A DNA stretch of 20,615 nucleotides from Chthoniobacteraceae bacterium. GTDB lineage: Bacteria; Verrucomicrobiota; Verrucomicrobiia; Chthoniobacterales; Chthoniobacteraceae. The translations under genes were made by a program, and so were the position numbers. Under the pieces are notes generated by a model, which was given only the letters and a program-made list of their open reading frames with translations, was not told where the DNA came from and searched no databases. Numbering within the stretch: the first letter of the stretch is position 1; the number at the start of each line of letters is the position of its first letter. The stretch lies in assembly GCA_031409655.1 (NCBI GenBank), contig JANNXQ010000116.1, positions 1 to 20,615 of the forward strand, read 5' to 3'. Shown here in pieces: positions 1-9,275 of this stretch.

Positions 1-361
1 AGCGCCAGGGCGAGCGGGGAAAAGCGGGCGCATGGCGAGCAGGAAGCGCGACGGCTCGCCGCGGAAGGCAGTGGCCGCGGCTGGCTTGACCGCAGGGGAA
101 CTCCAGCGGTTGCCCGGCAGCGAGGCTCGAAAAGTGGCGATCGCCCGGATCATCTGGGAGCAGACGACCGTGAATCTGCAATGGATCGCCGAGCATCTGC
201 ACTTGCGCAGCGCCGCCAATGCCAGCCAGCAAATTCGCCGTCACCGTCTGCAACCAATCAAACTCCCAAAAACCCAGAAAAGATGGACCATCCAGTCAAG
301 AAATGTCGCCCGAACCATATTCCCCACTCCACTCCGCTGCCCGCAGGCACGTTGGCTTTGA
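1..361 (+). mobile_element. 3' fragment of an IS200/IS605-superfamily Y1 (RAYT-like) transposase, frameshifted near nt 70; 5' part lies outside the window
   Basis: Frame 1 reads SGEKRAHGEQEARRLAAEG and frame 2 continues VAAAGLTAGELQRLPGSEARKVAIARIIWEQTTVNLQWIAEHLHLRSAANASQQIRR. This matches my recollection of the helical C-terminal domain of verrucomicrobial RAYT-type transposases. The catalytic HUH region is not in the window. Confidence 0.65.
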
Positions 362-471
362 CCTGCTGCGTCACGCTGCTGTCGCTCAGGATCGTCGGAT
401 CGCTCCACGCGATGGAAAGCGTGTCCGCGCTCGTGAAGCAGGGCCGCGTGGATGGCGAGGATGGGTTTCAT
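333..471 (-). pseudogene. Possible remnant of a secreted-protein gene (signal-peptide-like start plus an out-of-frame C-terminal-domain-like fragment)
   Basis: ATG at 471 gives MKPILAIHAALL. A shifted frame gives TSADTLSIAWSDPTILSDSSVTQQVKANVPAGSG, resembling C-termini of verrucomicrobial secreted proteins as I recall them. It ends where it meets the transposase 3' end. Confidence 0.35.
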
Positions 472-520
472 GTTGGAATGGAATCACAACATCCATGTCG
501 CTGAGGGGTGAGTGGCCGTG

Positions 521-546
521 AAAAACTGGACGGCAGGGATGCCGCC
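521..546 (-). terminator. Possible intrinsic terminator after the FAD oxidoreductase gene
   Basis: Minus strand GGCGGCA-TCCC-TGCCGTC (7-bp stem with one G-U), then CAG and TTTTT, about 10 nt after the stop at 556. Confidence 0.4.
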
Positions 547-555
547 TTTCCTTGG

Positions 556-2619
556 TTATTTGACCGGAACCAACTGCATAGCGTCGAGAATGACGAAGCC
601 GGTGGTGTCCGTGTTTTTAATTTGGATGGTGGTTTCGACTTCCGTCGCCAGCACCGCCGTGCCGATGGACTGGAAGTGTTCACCGGCGGGCATGGGCCGG
701 GTTTGATCCACGGTGAGCTTCGTTTCGCGGGAGCCGCTGACAATTCTCACGGGCACGTTTTTGGCACGGGTCTCGTGGGCGGAATAGGCCATCAGCACCT
801 TGTATTCGCCGGACTTGGGCACCATCAGGCGGAACGTGGCGGAGGCTTTGCCATTGCCGCGGGCATCCTTGGCTCCGTTGACGACATACCCGCTTCCGAT
901 GCTCGGTTTGAAGTTCGTGGAATGCGTCCATTCGCCCTCCAGTTTCGCGTCGGCGTCGTCGAGCACGATGCCGGGGAGTGATTTCACGGGGATGAAATCA
1001 GCGTCTTTCGCCGCCGCTGCTTTGGATGCTGTCTTCGGCAGTGCGAGCACTTGTTTCTGCGCCAGCAGTCGCTCGCGCAGGATTGGATACGGCACTTCTT
1101 GCACGGCGACATTTTGTTTCGCCGCCAGGGCGGCGGCGACACCCGCGCCCTGGCCGATGACCATCCATGCGCCCTCGATGCGCAGGGACGACATGGCGAT
1201 ATGCGTGCTGGAGAGCGCGACGGGCACGAGCAGGTTCGTGCATTGCGCCGGCTGCGGCAGCACGGAGCGATACGGCACATGGTAGGCATAGCCCAGTGGG
1301 GTGCCGGGGACGCGCACGGGGAAAATGGTGCCTTCATTGATGACGCCGCCGTCCTTCAACGCGATGCGCTGGCAGTCGTGCGAATCAATCGGGAACGATG
1401 AGATGGCGATGGGGTCGTCTTTCTCCGGCGAGTTGATGATGTCCTTTTGCGAAATCACATGCAGGCCCTTCATGCGCCGTGACTCGCGGACATAGAGCGC
1501 GGGTGGAAAGTGGGCGGTCGGTGCAAACTCATCTTTGCAGAGGCCGAGGTCGGCAAACTCGCTGCGCACTTTGGGCGACACGGCGGGGTCGGTGCGGAGG
1601 AAGTGGAGGAACTCGAGCGTGTATTGTTTGTGGTCCTCCCAAATCTTCGCTCGACCCGCTTCATCGGCGCTGTGCCAGGTGTTGCAGCCACCGACGAGTC
1701 CGAGCGAAACCTGGCCGTGAATCGAGTTGTTGCCGTCGAGTTTCCCACCTGGCAGCGGATAAAGGTCGAGACCCACACCACGGGCACCGGCTTTGAGGGC
1801 ACGGCGGGCGAGTTCGAAGCGAGCGGGGTCGTAGTGCGTCGGCGCTGGCATCGGCACCATGTTGGCCGGGTCTCTCGTGAGGCAGAGACGGAAGCTGTAA
1901 GTCATGATGTTCTGGTCGCCCGCTTCGTCCGGCCCGGCGTCCCTCGTCGTTACTAACGGCAGAAGATTGCCCGCGTCATCGAAGCCGCTGATTTTCAGCT
2001 TCGCCTTCGGGTATTGTTTCCCCGCGAGCGATTCACCGAACTCCGCACGTCCTTCACGGCCAATCGTCCACTCCACGCCCGCCGCCGCCATGAGGTCGCC
2101 CTCATAGGTGCCGTCCACGAACACCTTCGCGCTGAAGGTGCCGTCCTTCGTCACGAGCGAAGTGATGCGCGGGCCGTCCTTCGTGACGGATTTCAAATAG
2201 CGCCCGGTCTTCACGGTGACGCCGCTCTCTTTGAGCATCGCCAACGTCACGCGCATCGCCACATGCGGCTCGAAGGTCCATTTCGCCGTGTCTTTGCGTG
2301 CCGCGTCGTAAGGCGCAGGCAGTCCGCGGTCGGTGTAGTCTTTCACGATGCGCCGGTGCCACTCGTCGAAGAGACCCATCAGCGTCTCGCGCCTCATCTG
2401 GTTCGAGTCGCAGTGACTCAGCCCGCCCGTGCTCAGTCCGCCGACATGCTGCGTCGGCTCCAGCAAGATGACCGAAGCGCCCTCCCGCGCCGCCGCAATG
2501 GCCGCGCAAAACCCGCCGGGCGTGGAGCCATAGACGATGACGTCAGCGGAATCCTGCGCGAAACCGGCGAAGGTGCTGGCTGAAAGAGCGATGGATAAAA
2601 GAAGAGTGCGTGGAGTCAT
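556..2619 (-). CDS. Secreted FAD-dependent oxidoreductase (FAD_oxidored / 'xanthan lyase-like' annotation family) with a C-terminal golvesin/CBM-like beta domain
   Basis: 687-aa ORF with a signal peptide. Rossmann motif DVIVYGSTPGGFCAAIAAAREG, plus GGLSTGGL, FVDGTYEGDLMAAAGV, YVRESRR, DSH and YHVPYRS. C-terminal domain LDDADAKLEGEW...GFVILDAMQLVP. Confidence 0.88.
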   Translation of the reverse strand: MTPRTLLLSIALSASTFAGFAQDSADVIVYGSTPGGFCAAIAAAREGASVILLEPTQHVGGLSTGGLSHCDSNQMRRETLMGLFDEWHRRIVKDYTDRGLPAPYDAARKDTAKWTFEPHVAMRVTLAMLKESGVTVKTGRYLKSVTKDGPRITSLVTKDGTFSAKVFVDGTYEGDLMAAAGVEWTIGREGRAEFGESLAGKQYPKAKLKISGFDDAGNLLPLVTTRDAGPDEAGDQNIMTYSFRLCLTRDPANMVPMPAPTHYDPARFELARRALKAGARGVGLDLYPLPGGKLDGNNSIHGQVSLGLVGGCNTWHSADEAGRAKIWEDHKQYTLEFLHFLRTDPAVSPKVRSEFADLGLCKDEFAPTAHFPPALYVRESRRMKGLHVISQKDIINSPEKDDPIAISSFPIDSHDCQRIALKDGGVINEGTIFPVRVPGTPLGYAYHVPYRSVLPQPAQCTNLLVPVALSSTHIAMSSLRIEGAWMVIGQGAGVAAALAAKQNVAVQEVPYPILRERLLAQKQVLALPKTASKAAAAKDADFIPVKSLPGIVLDDADAKLEGEWTHSTNFKPSIGSGYVVNGAKDARGNGKASATFRLMVPKSGEYKVLMAYSAHETRAKNVPVRIVSGSRETKLTVDQTRPMPAGEHFQSIGTAVLATEVETTIQIKNTDTTGFVILDAMQLVPVK

Positions 2620-2659
2620 GGGAAAGTTGGATGGTTAGGTTGATGCCGCTGCGGAAAGT

Positions 2660-4384
2660 TCATTTCTTCGCTTTGCCTGTGCCCTTCTTACCCTCGCCGC
2701 CAGCGAGCGGCCAGGGCAGGACGCCGACACGTTTGGCCCAGGCGTCCCACTGTGCAGACATTTCCTTCACGCGGTCAGGTTGCTGCGCAGCGAGGTTGTT
2801 CATCTCGGTGCGGTCGGTGGTCATGTCGTAGAGTTCCCAAGGGCCTGGATGCTTGGAGACGAGTTTCCACTCGCCGCTGCGGATGGCGCGGTTGCCTTCG
2901 TGTTCCCAGAAGAGCGGTTGTGGGCGGGTGATGGGTCGCTCGCTGAAGGCCGGAGCAAGGCTGACGCCTTCCATCGGTGTGATGGGCTTGTCTTTGAAGG
3001 TTGTGGGATAAGCAGTGCCGCTGACATCCACACACGTCGCCATGATGTCGATGAGATGCGTCGGCGTGGCATTGAGCTTGTGATGGGACTCTTTGGCGAT
3101 CCCCTTCGGCCAATGCGCGATGAGCGGTGTGCTGATGCCGCCTTCGTGCTGCCAGTGTTTGTATTCGCGGAAGGGAGTGTTGCTCACGTTGGCCCAATTC
3201 AGGCCGTAGGCTAGGTAGGTGTCCGCACCGCCGGGCATGACGCCCTGACCTTCGCGCACAGGATAACCGTCGCGGGTTTGTTTGCGGGTAATGCCGGGCG
3301 AGATGTAGCCCTTGGTGAGCGGGGGCAGCGTGGGTTTGTCAGCGCGGGGTTGGTGCGGGCCGTTGCGACCGATGGTTTCGGCGCAGGCTCCGTTGTCCTG
3401 GAGGTAAAGGATAAGCGTGTTCTCGTATTGGCCGTTCTTTTTGAGCGTCTCGACGAGACGGCCGATGCCCTGGTCCATGCAGTCAATCATGGCGGCATAG
3501 ACCTCCATGCAGCGGGCTTCCCAGGGTCTCCGGTCGAGCGTGACCCAGTTGCCGACTTGCGGGGTGATTTTCCAGCGTTCATCGAGCAATCCGAGGCGTT
3601 TCATTTTTTCCAGCCGAGCGGCACGGATGCGGCCGTAGCCAATATCGTAGCGGCCCTTGTATTTGGCGATGTCTGCCTCCTTCGCGTGCATGGGCCAATG
3701 CGCGGCGGTGTGGGCCAGGTAGAGAAAGAAAGGCTTTTTCGGGGTGCTCTTTGCGTGCTCGGAGACGAAACGGGCGGCGTGGTCGTTGAGTGCATCCGTG
3801 TAGTAATACTCGGCGGGCTGATACTGCGAATCGGCGAAGGGCGAGATGAAGGTGTTGTCGCGAGTGAGCGAGGCGGGGTCAAAAAAACTGCCTGCACCGA
3901 GGATGGTGCCGTAGAAGCGATCAAAGCCGCGTTGCAGCGGCCAGTTGTATTTGCCGGCATCGCCTGCGGGATTGGTTTCTTTTGTCACATGCCACTTTCC
4001 GGCCATGTAAGTCGAGTAACCGGCTGTTTTGAGCACCTCCGCGAGAGTCACGGCCTTCTTACTCAGATCGCCCGCATAGCTCTCGCCGACCTTCGTGCTC
4101 CAATCATCCACCATGTGTCCGATCCCTGCCTGATGCGGATACAGGCCAGTGAGCAAAGCTGCACGCGTCGGGCAGCAGCGGGCTGTGTTGTAGAACTGAG
4201 TGAAACGCAGCCCGCCTTTGGCGAGCGCATCCAGATTCGGCGTCTCGATCTCCCCGCCAAAGCAGCCGATGTCCGAGTAGCCCACGTCATCGGCCATGAT
4301 GACGATGATGTTTGGCTTATCGGCGGCGTAGAGCGCGTGGGCTGCCGCGAAAGCGAAGAGCAGGAGTGAGAGCAGAGTTTTCAT
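2660..4384 (-). CDS. Secreted arylsulfatase (formylglycine-dependent S1 sulfatase, Cys-type)
   Basis: Start placed at ATG 4384 (MKTLLSLLL..., signal peptide), giving 574 aa. Motifs KPNIIVIMADD, CCPTRAALLTG (CxPxR), GKWH, AAHWPMH, DNG and HEGG. Confidence 0.93.
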   Translation of the reverse strand: MKTLLSLLLFAFAAAHALYAADKPNIIVIMADDVGYSDIGCFGGEIETPNLDALAKGGLRFTQFYNTARCCPTRAALLTGLYPHQAGIGHMVDDWSTKVGESYAGDLSKKAVTLAEVLKTAGYSTYMAGKWHVTKETNPAGDAGKYNWPLQRGFDRFYGTILGAGSFFDPASLTRDNTFISPFADSQYQPAEYYYTDALNDHAARFVSEHAKSTPKKPFFLYLAHTAAHWPMHAKEADIAKYKGRYDIGYGRIRAARLEKMKRLGLLDERWKITPQVGNWVTLDRRPWEARCMEVYAAMIDCMDQGIGRLVETLKKNGQYENTLILYLQDNGACAETIGRNGPHQPRADKPTLPPLTKGYISPGITRKQTRDGYPVREGQGVMPGGADTYLAYGLNWANVSNTPFREYKHWQHEGGISTPLIAHWPKGIAKESHHKLNATPTHLIDIMATCVDVSGTAYPTTFKDKPITPMEGVSLAPAFSERPITRPQPLFWEHEGNRAIRSGEWKLVSKHPGPWELYDMTTDRTEMNNLAAQQPDRVKEMSAQWDAWAKRVGVLPWPLAGGEGKKGTGKAKK

Positions 4385-4418
4385 GGCGGAGATTTGTGGT
4401 TGTGAGTTAAATCGAAAG

Positions 4419-7043
4419 TCAACGCGGCGATACGGTGCCATCTGGAGCGACCCGGCAGTGGATCATCAGGGCACCCTCACGCTCCTCGATGGTGGCGTTC
4501 GATCCGTTTAGGTAGAAAGGGATTGTTCCTTTTCCGCGAACCTTGAGCTCGATCTCGAAGGGCTTTTCCCAAGGTTGCTTTAAATTGGCGAGTCGTCCGA
4601 TCGCGGTGACATAAAATGCCTCGCCCCGGCGTTTCAGCGAAAGGTTGATTCCGTCGGTGCCGACTGCGAAGCCGTGGTCGAGATCGATGATGCCGCTGCC
4701 GGTGAAGCGCGTGGCGTCGGCGAGGCCGGTGAAGATGCCGGAACATTCGCCCCAGCTTGGGTGGGTGCGCATGGCGGACTGGTTGTGGCCTTCGTGGTTG
4801 ATGTTCTCCGGGCCGAGTCCGAAGCCATACAAATTCACGTGCGGATAGATGCCATTCTCGATGTGGCGTGGATGGTTAATCAACACGATGCTGGCGCGTG
4901 CGGCGGCAACGCCGCGCTCGACCAGATCCTGGCGGCCGAGTTCTAGGCCGTAGCCGATGAATGGCTCGACCAGTTCGCACTGCCGCGCATCCAGCCAATT
5001 CGCGGTGTCCACGTTGTCGGCGGTGCATCCGCCGAAGGGATTGGCGGTGTAGATGTAATGGGGTTTCCAGCTCGCCTGGGAAAAGCTCAGAAAGTCCACC
5101 ACCTTGGCCCCGGCTTCGAGATGCGACTTGTCACATGTGACCTTGTAGAGTGCCAGGAACCCTTTGGCAGCCCAGATCGTGCTGAGGTTTCCACGAATTG
5201 GGAGACCTTGCAGTTCGTCCACCACGTAGCCGAGCGGATTCTGGCCGCAGGAGTAGTAAACTTCGAGGTCGATCCAGCGCTGCTGTGGGATGATTTCCTT
5301 TTTCAGATAGTCGGCGATGCGCACGGCACCATCACGAAAGCGCGCCTCGCCGGTTGCGCCCGCCATTTCCGCGAGAAACCACATCATGGCCGCCGGTTGT
5401 GCGCTGTAGTGCAGATCGGCGATCGGCTTCATGTCCGGCGTGTAATACGATGGGATCGCGCCGCGCTCATCGATGCGCGCTAACAAGCCGTCGGCAAACG
5501 GGCGCAGGTAATCGACGATGCGCGGATCTTTTCCACAGCGTTGATAGAACTCGAGCAGGTGCGCAGCCGACTTGCTCATGGCGGGCACATTGTAAACCGG
5601 CGCGCTCTTGTCGAAGATGGATTTTGGCGAGGGTGATGGGCCAAGGCTGCTCAGCGCCCATTGCTTGCTCGCCGCATGATAGACGAGCGGGAAGAAGCCT
5701 GCTTCGTTTTGGGGCGCTTCCGAGGCCAGGTTGACGATGCGTTGCCCGCGCTCCTTGAGTTGCGGCATATCGAGTTTTTCGCCCCAATACACCATGCCGT
5801 TGGCGTCGCGGATGTTGTTCCAGAACTCGAAGTTCCACAGGGCGTCACCCATGCCCATGCCTCCAAGCGGCGACACCATGCCGCCTACGGGTTTGCCATT
5901 CATCTCGAAATCGATGAACACACCGTGGTCCTCATATCCGGGCACCGGTGCTTGGATCGTAGGCGGCATGGGCTTGGAAACCACGTCGTAAATGGTGCGA
6001 ACATATTCGGCGAACGGCATGGCCAGGTGCGGTCGGCCGCGGAACTGCGGCTGGCCGAAACGCTGCCAGATATGGCGGGTCGCCACTTGAAAGGCCGAGC
6101 CCTTCGGCATGTCCGCGCCTACTAACAGGTCGTAGCCGTAGCGGATCTTCGGTTTCGCCAAGTGGCGGACCATCGAAGCGTCGTTGACCCGCTGGTAACG
6201 CATGTGGTGCGCCACGACGAAGTCCATGATGCCATAGGAAAAGACCGGCTGTCCCGTGAGTCCGGATGCTGCGTTCAGGTCGAGTGCCGTTGGCATGGTG
6301 TAAAACTCGGCGATGATGGGCACCGAGAACTGATTCCGAGCCACGGCTTGCGTGCGCCGCGCATCGGACGATTGGAGGGCGTGGGCATTGATCATGGCGA
6401 GATCGGGCACCATGCAGACATACTGGCTGCCTTTCTGAAGCACGATGGCGGGCGAGTGGAAGGCGTGGTCGCCGATCACCTGGTCCACTGCCGGGCCAGC
6501 ACCGTCCTTTTTTGCCGTCGGACTGTGAACGAAATCCGGGGCACCCGCTGGCAGGAACTCCCACGTTGAGAGAAAATAATCCAGCAGGGGTTCGTGCAGT
6601 GATGCGGAGACATCCACATTCAGGATGGTGCCAGCATGATCGAGAGTTAGCATCTGTTCCGCGACGATGCGGTCCTTCACTTGGCCGCTCATCTTGATTT
6701 TCACTTCCTTGTCGCTCCGTGATGCCACCGCGAACCGGGTGAAGATGTCGTTGGCCTGGTAACGATGCGAAATCACCGAGGTATCGAACAGTTTGTTAGC
6801 GGCGGGTGTTTTTGTGAAGTCGGGTCGCAGCGTGCGGCAGACCGGTTGCCATCGACCCGCCGCGTCTGCCGCGAGAAGCGTGACGCTGACGGGTTGGTTG
6901 ACCTCTTGTTTCAGCTCGACGGAAATTTTACCATTGGCGACGCGAAGCTGCCCCTCTTTCTCCACAATCTCCCAGGGTGCGTTAGCGGAGAGAACTTGTG
7001 CTGCGGCGAAAGCGAGGAGCAGGAGCGAGAGCAGCGATTTCAT
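4419..7043 (-). CDS. Secreted hypothetical protein; beta-rich N-terminal half and helical C-terminal half, possibly an (alpha/alpha)6 six-hairpin glycosidase-like fold
   Basis: 874-aa uninterrupted ORF with a signal peptide. Repeated amphipathic helices (AAHLLEFYQR, AAMMWFLAEMAG, IWAAKGFLALYKVT). The fold is inference. Confidence 0.75.
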   Translation of the reverse strand: MKSLLSLLLLAFAAAQVLSANAPWEIVEKEGQLRVANGKISVELKQEVNQPVSVTLLAADAAGRWQPVCRTLRPDFTKTPAANKLFDTSVISHRYQANDIFTRFAVASRSDKEVKIKMSGQVKDRIVAEQMLTLDHAGTILNVDVSASLHEPLLDYFLSTWEFLPAGAPDFVHSPTAKKDGAGPAVDQVIGDHAFHSPAIVLQKGSQYVCMVPDLAMINAHALQSSDARRTQAVARNQFSVPIIAEFYTMPTALDLNAASGLTGQPVFSYGIMDFVVAHHMRYQRVNDASMVRHLAKPKIRYGYDLLVGADMPKGSAFQVATRHIWQRFGQPQFRGRPHLAMPFAEYVRTIYDVVSKPMPPTIQAPVPGYEDHGVFIDFEMNGKPVGGMVSPLGGMGMGDALWNFEFWNNIRDANGMVYWGEKLDMPQLKERGQRIVNLASEAPQNEAGFFPLVYHAASKQWALSSLGPSPSPKSIFDKSAPVYNVPAMSKSAAHLLEFYQRCGKDPRIVDYLRPFADGLLARIDERGAIPSYYTPDMKPIADLHYSAQPAAMMWFLAEMAGATGEARFRDGAVRIADYLKKEIIPQQRWIDLEVYYSCGQNPLGYVVDELQGLPIRGNLSTIWAAKGFLALYKVTCDKSHLEAGAKVVDFLSFSQASWKPHYIYTANPFGGCTADNVDTANWLDARQCELVEPFIGYGLELGRQDLVERGVAAARASIVLINHPRHIENGIYPHVNLYGFGLGPENINHEGHNQSAMRTHPSWGECSGIFTGLADATRFTGSGIIDLDHGFAVGTDGINLSLKRRGEAFYVTAIGRLANLKQPWEKPFEIELKVRGKGTIPFYLNGSNATIEEREGALMIHCRVAPDGTVSPR

Positions 7044-7088
7044 GGGAAGGATTGATCTAAGTTCAGTTGCATCGGCTCACGATTTTCT

Positions 7089-7154
7089 CGGTAAAAGATT
7101 TGCGGTAAAAGATGGGGAAGTTGGTCTTCATTTTTTACCGCCCATCTTTTACCG
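7089..7154. repeat. REP-like imperfect palindrome built from CGGTAAAA(G/A)AT units
   Basis: The left arm 7089-7114 (cggtaaaagatttgcggtaaaagatg) matches the reverse complement of 7129-7154 (cggtaaaagatgggcggtaaaaaatg) at 23/26, with a 14-nt loop. Intergenic. Confidence 0.85.
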
Positions 7155-7171
7155 GTTCAAATGCTGGGCGT

Positions 7172-8412
7172 TCATCTCGCTGTTTTCAGAGTGGAGAGGA
7201 AGGCCACGATATCCCGCATCTCGCGGAGCGTTAAGAGTTGTTTCATCGGCGGCATGACGCCGACTGGCTTGGTGGCCGACTTGATGTTGCCTCTGGGATA
7301 GGTGGAGAGCATTCCATCGGGGCTTTTGAGGACGATGGCTTCGGGCGTTTCGGACATTTGGGTGCCAGCGACGGAGCTTCCGTCGTTCAACTCAAGCATT
7401 TGGATGCCGTAGCCAGGGGCGACCTTGGCTCCGGGGTCGAGCATGGACTCCAGAAGGTCCGCACGAGTCAGTCGAGTGGCGACACCTTCAAGTGAGGGGC
7501 CGACTTGTTGGTCCGCCTTCTTCAAGGCATGGCACTTCGAGCACATCGCGGCGGTGTGGGCGAGGAAAAGGGATTTGCCGCGTTCCGCATCGCCGCCTTC
7601 GAGAGCGATGGAGAACTCACCGAGGGGCTGCTGCGCTTTGGCAAAGTCATCATAAGCAGCGAGGAGGGCGGCGAGTTCTTTGTCCTTCGTGCAAACAGAA
7701 CGTGCGGCCTCGATGACATCGAGTTGAATCGGAGCGGCCACGTTTCCGGCGCGGAGACTCTGGACCAATGTCCGCAGCACGGACTCGCTCTCGGGGATTC
7801 GTTTCAGAAGCTCGAGTGCTCCTTGGAGCTGCCGGGTGTCCTGGCTGCTGTTCAATGTTCGCATCACATAGTCGCGGACTTCGCTGGCCTCCAGCTTGCG
7901 GTCGAGCAGGTGATTGGCGGCTGCCATGCTCAGCCCTGGCTTGTCGCCGCTCAGCGCACGGTTGGCGACTTCGTCGGCTCGCTCGGGACGTTGCTCTTGT
8001 AGAAGTTCGAACCAGGCAAAGCGCAGCGGGATGGCGGTCGCGTCGTCGAGGATGGCCGCGGCGGCATGGGTGATGATCTCCTCCGTGACTCTCATGCGAG
8101 CGGAAAAGGCGATGGCGCGTCCGGCGATGGCCGTGTCGGTGTCGCGTGTCAACGTGGCGAGGTGCGGCGTGAATGCGGCGTGAATGCGGCTTCGAGGTCA
8201 TCGGCGGGAAAGGCGGGCACGGGGAAATAGCGATCATCCACGGGATCGAGCGTCGTCTTGCTCGACCACGAGGCGAGCATGTCCATCGCCATGATGCGCT
8301 CGGAGGCTGGCGAGTTGTTCGGTGCGGTGAGGAAGCCCATGATGCGCTCCAAGGCCTCGCGGGTGCCGAGTCGGCGATTGGCGGCAAGGGCTCGCACATG
8401 GACGGGTGCTGG
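7172..8412 (-). pseudogene. 5'-truncated, frameshifted PVC-type haem-binding (CxxCH) protein; HEAT-like helical region plus c-type cytochrome domain
   Basis: C-terminal GDAERGKSLFLAHTAAMCSKCH...VGPSLEG...LLESMLDPGAKVAPGYG...VMP is typical of the PVC CxxCH domain. ORFs 8149-8397 and 7172-8152 join in frame if one 11-bp repeat unit at 8163-8184 is removed. No N-terminus or signal peptide. Confidence 0.85.
8163..8190. repeat. 11-bp tandem duplication (TGCGGCGTGAA x2.5)
   Basis: Units at 8163-8173 and 8174-8184, with a partial TGCGGC at 8185-8190. Confidence 0.95.
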
Positions 8413-9129
8413 AGTCGATGCGCTGTTCGAGGTCGCGCAAGCTGGTCATGAATTCATCGAGCTTCTGCTGGTCCTGCGCGCCGAGGCCGCGACGCGTGTC
8501 TTTCGACTGCGCGAGCACGGCGTCGAGCACGCTTTTGTCGCTCAACAGTCCGCTCGTGTCGAAAAGCCGGTCGAACACCGCGCGCGGATACACCTCTGGC
8601 GCGATGGGCGTGTTCTTCGACGACCACGAAACCGTTCCATAATAAACCCCCGGCACGCCACTGCGCAGTCCGCTCTCCGCTGTTTCCACTGCGAGCACGA
8701 GACTCGGCACCGCGGTCTCCTTGCCCGTGTGCCGCGCTATGAACTGGTCAATGGACTCGCTGCCCTCGGGAATCAGCGTCTCCTCGAACTGCGCTCCGCT
8801 GAGGTAATTCGAGAACAGCGACCAGTGCGGTCCGCTGGTATTGTTGAAGACGTGCAGTTCGCGCAGCACCGTGATGTCGCGCTTGAACGCCGCGAGCGGT
8901 TGTAACGTGCTCGAAAGCTCCATCGCATCGCCCTCACCCTTCGCCGACCACTCGTATGGGTTCACGCCATTGGCGAAAAGCATGCAACCGTAGCGCACGG
9001 GGCTTTCGCGTTCTCGGCAGCTTTACTGCCTTGAGCCCATGCGAACGAAGGCAGCCATGGCAGCGCAAGCGAGGCTCCGGTTCCGCGCAGGAGGGCGCGG
9101 CGTGAGATGGTTGAGGTGCGTTGGCTCAT
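8413..9129 (-). pseudogene. DUF1552 (HXXSHH) family protein, 5' half only, with a 1-nt frameshift near 9000
   Basis: ATG 9129 gives a twin-Arg-like leader MSQRTSTISRRALLRGTGASLALPWL. A frameshift at gcc-cc-gtg leads into VRYGCMLFANG. Family motifs SIDQFIA, VSWS, PRAVFDRLF, SVLDAV and KLDEFMTSLRDLEQRI follow, and homology then stops. Confidence 0.85.
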
Positions 9130-9203
9130 GGTGCTTGGTGGTCCTTGAGCGTGGGTAGCTGACGGTCATGGGTCGCATTGTGTGAGTGACGTTCGGCGAC
9201 GAG

Positions 9204-9275
9204 GAAACCTGACAGTCCATCGCTATCAACGTCCGAACTTTCAGTCCGCCGTGTCTCAAAGGACGGTCACGTTTC
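9204..9275. repeat. Imperfect 15-bp inverted repeat with a 42-nt spacer
   Basis: gaaacctgacagtcc (9204-9218) and ggacggtcacgtttc (9261-9275) are complementary at 13/15. Confidence 0.55.

Noticed and set aside
8901..8926. Second TGTAAC as another ECF promoter (also GTAAC on the minus strand at 19609-19613)
   Set aside because: Neither has CGT at 16-17 nt spacing. The first is antisense within a pseudogene and the second overlaps a stop codon and hairpin.
8234..8998. The 254-aa ORF as an intact gene
   Set aside because: It is the middle of a frameshifted DUF1552 gene, and its last ~55 aa are out-of-frame read-through into the haem-protein remnant.
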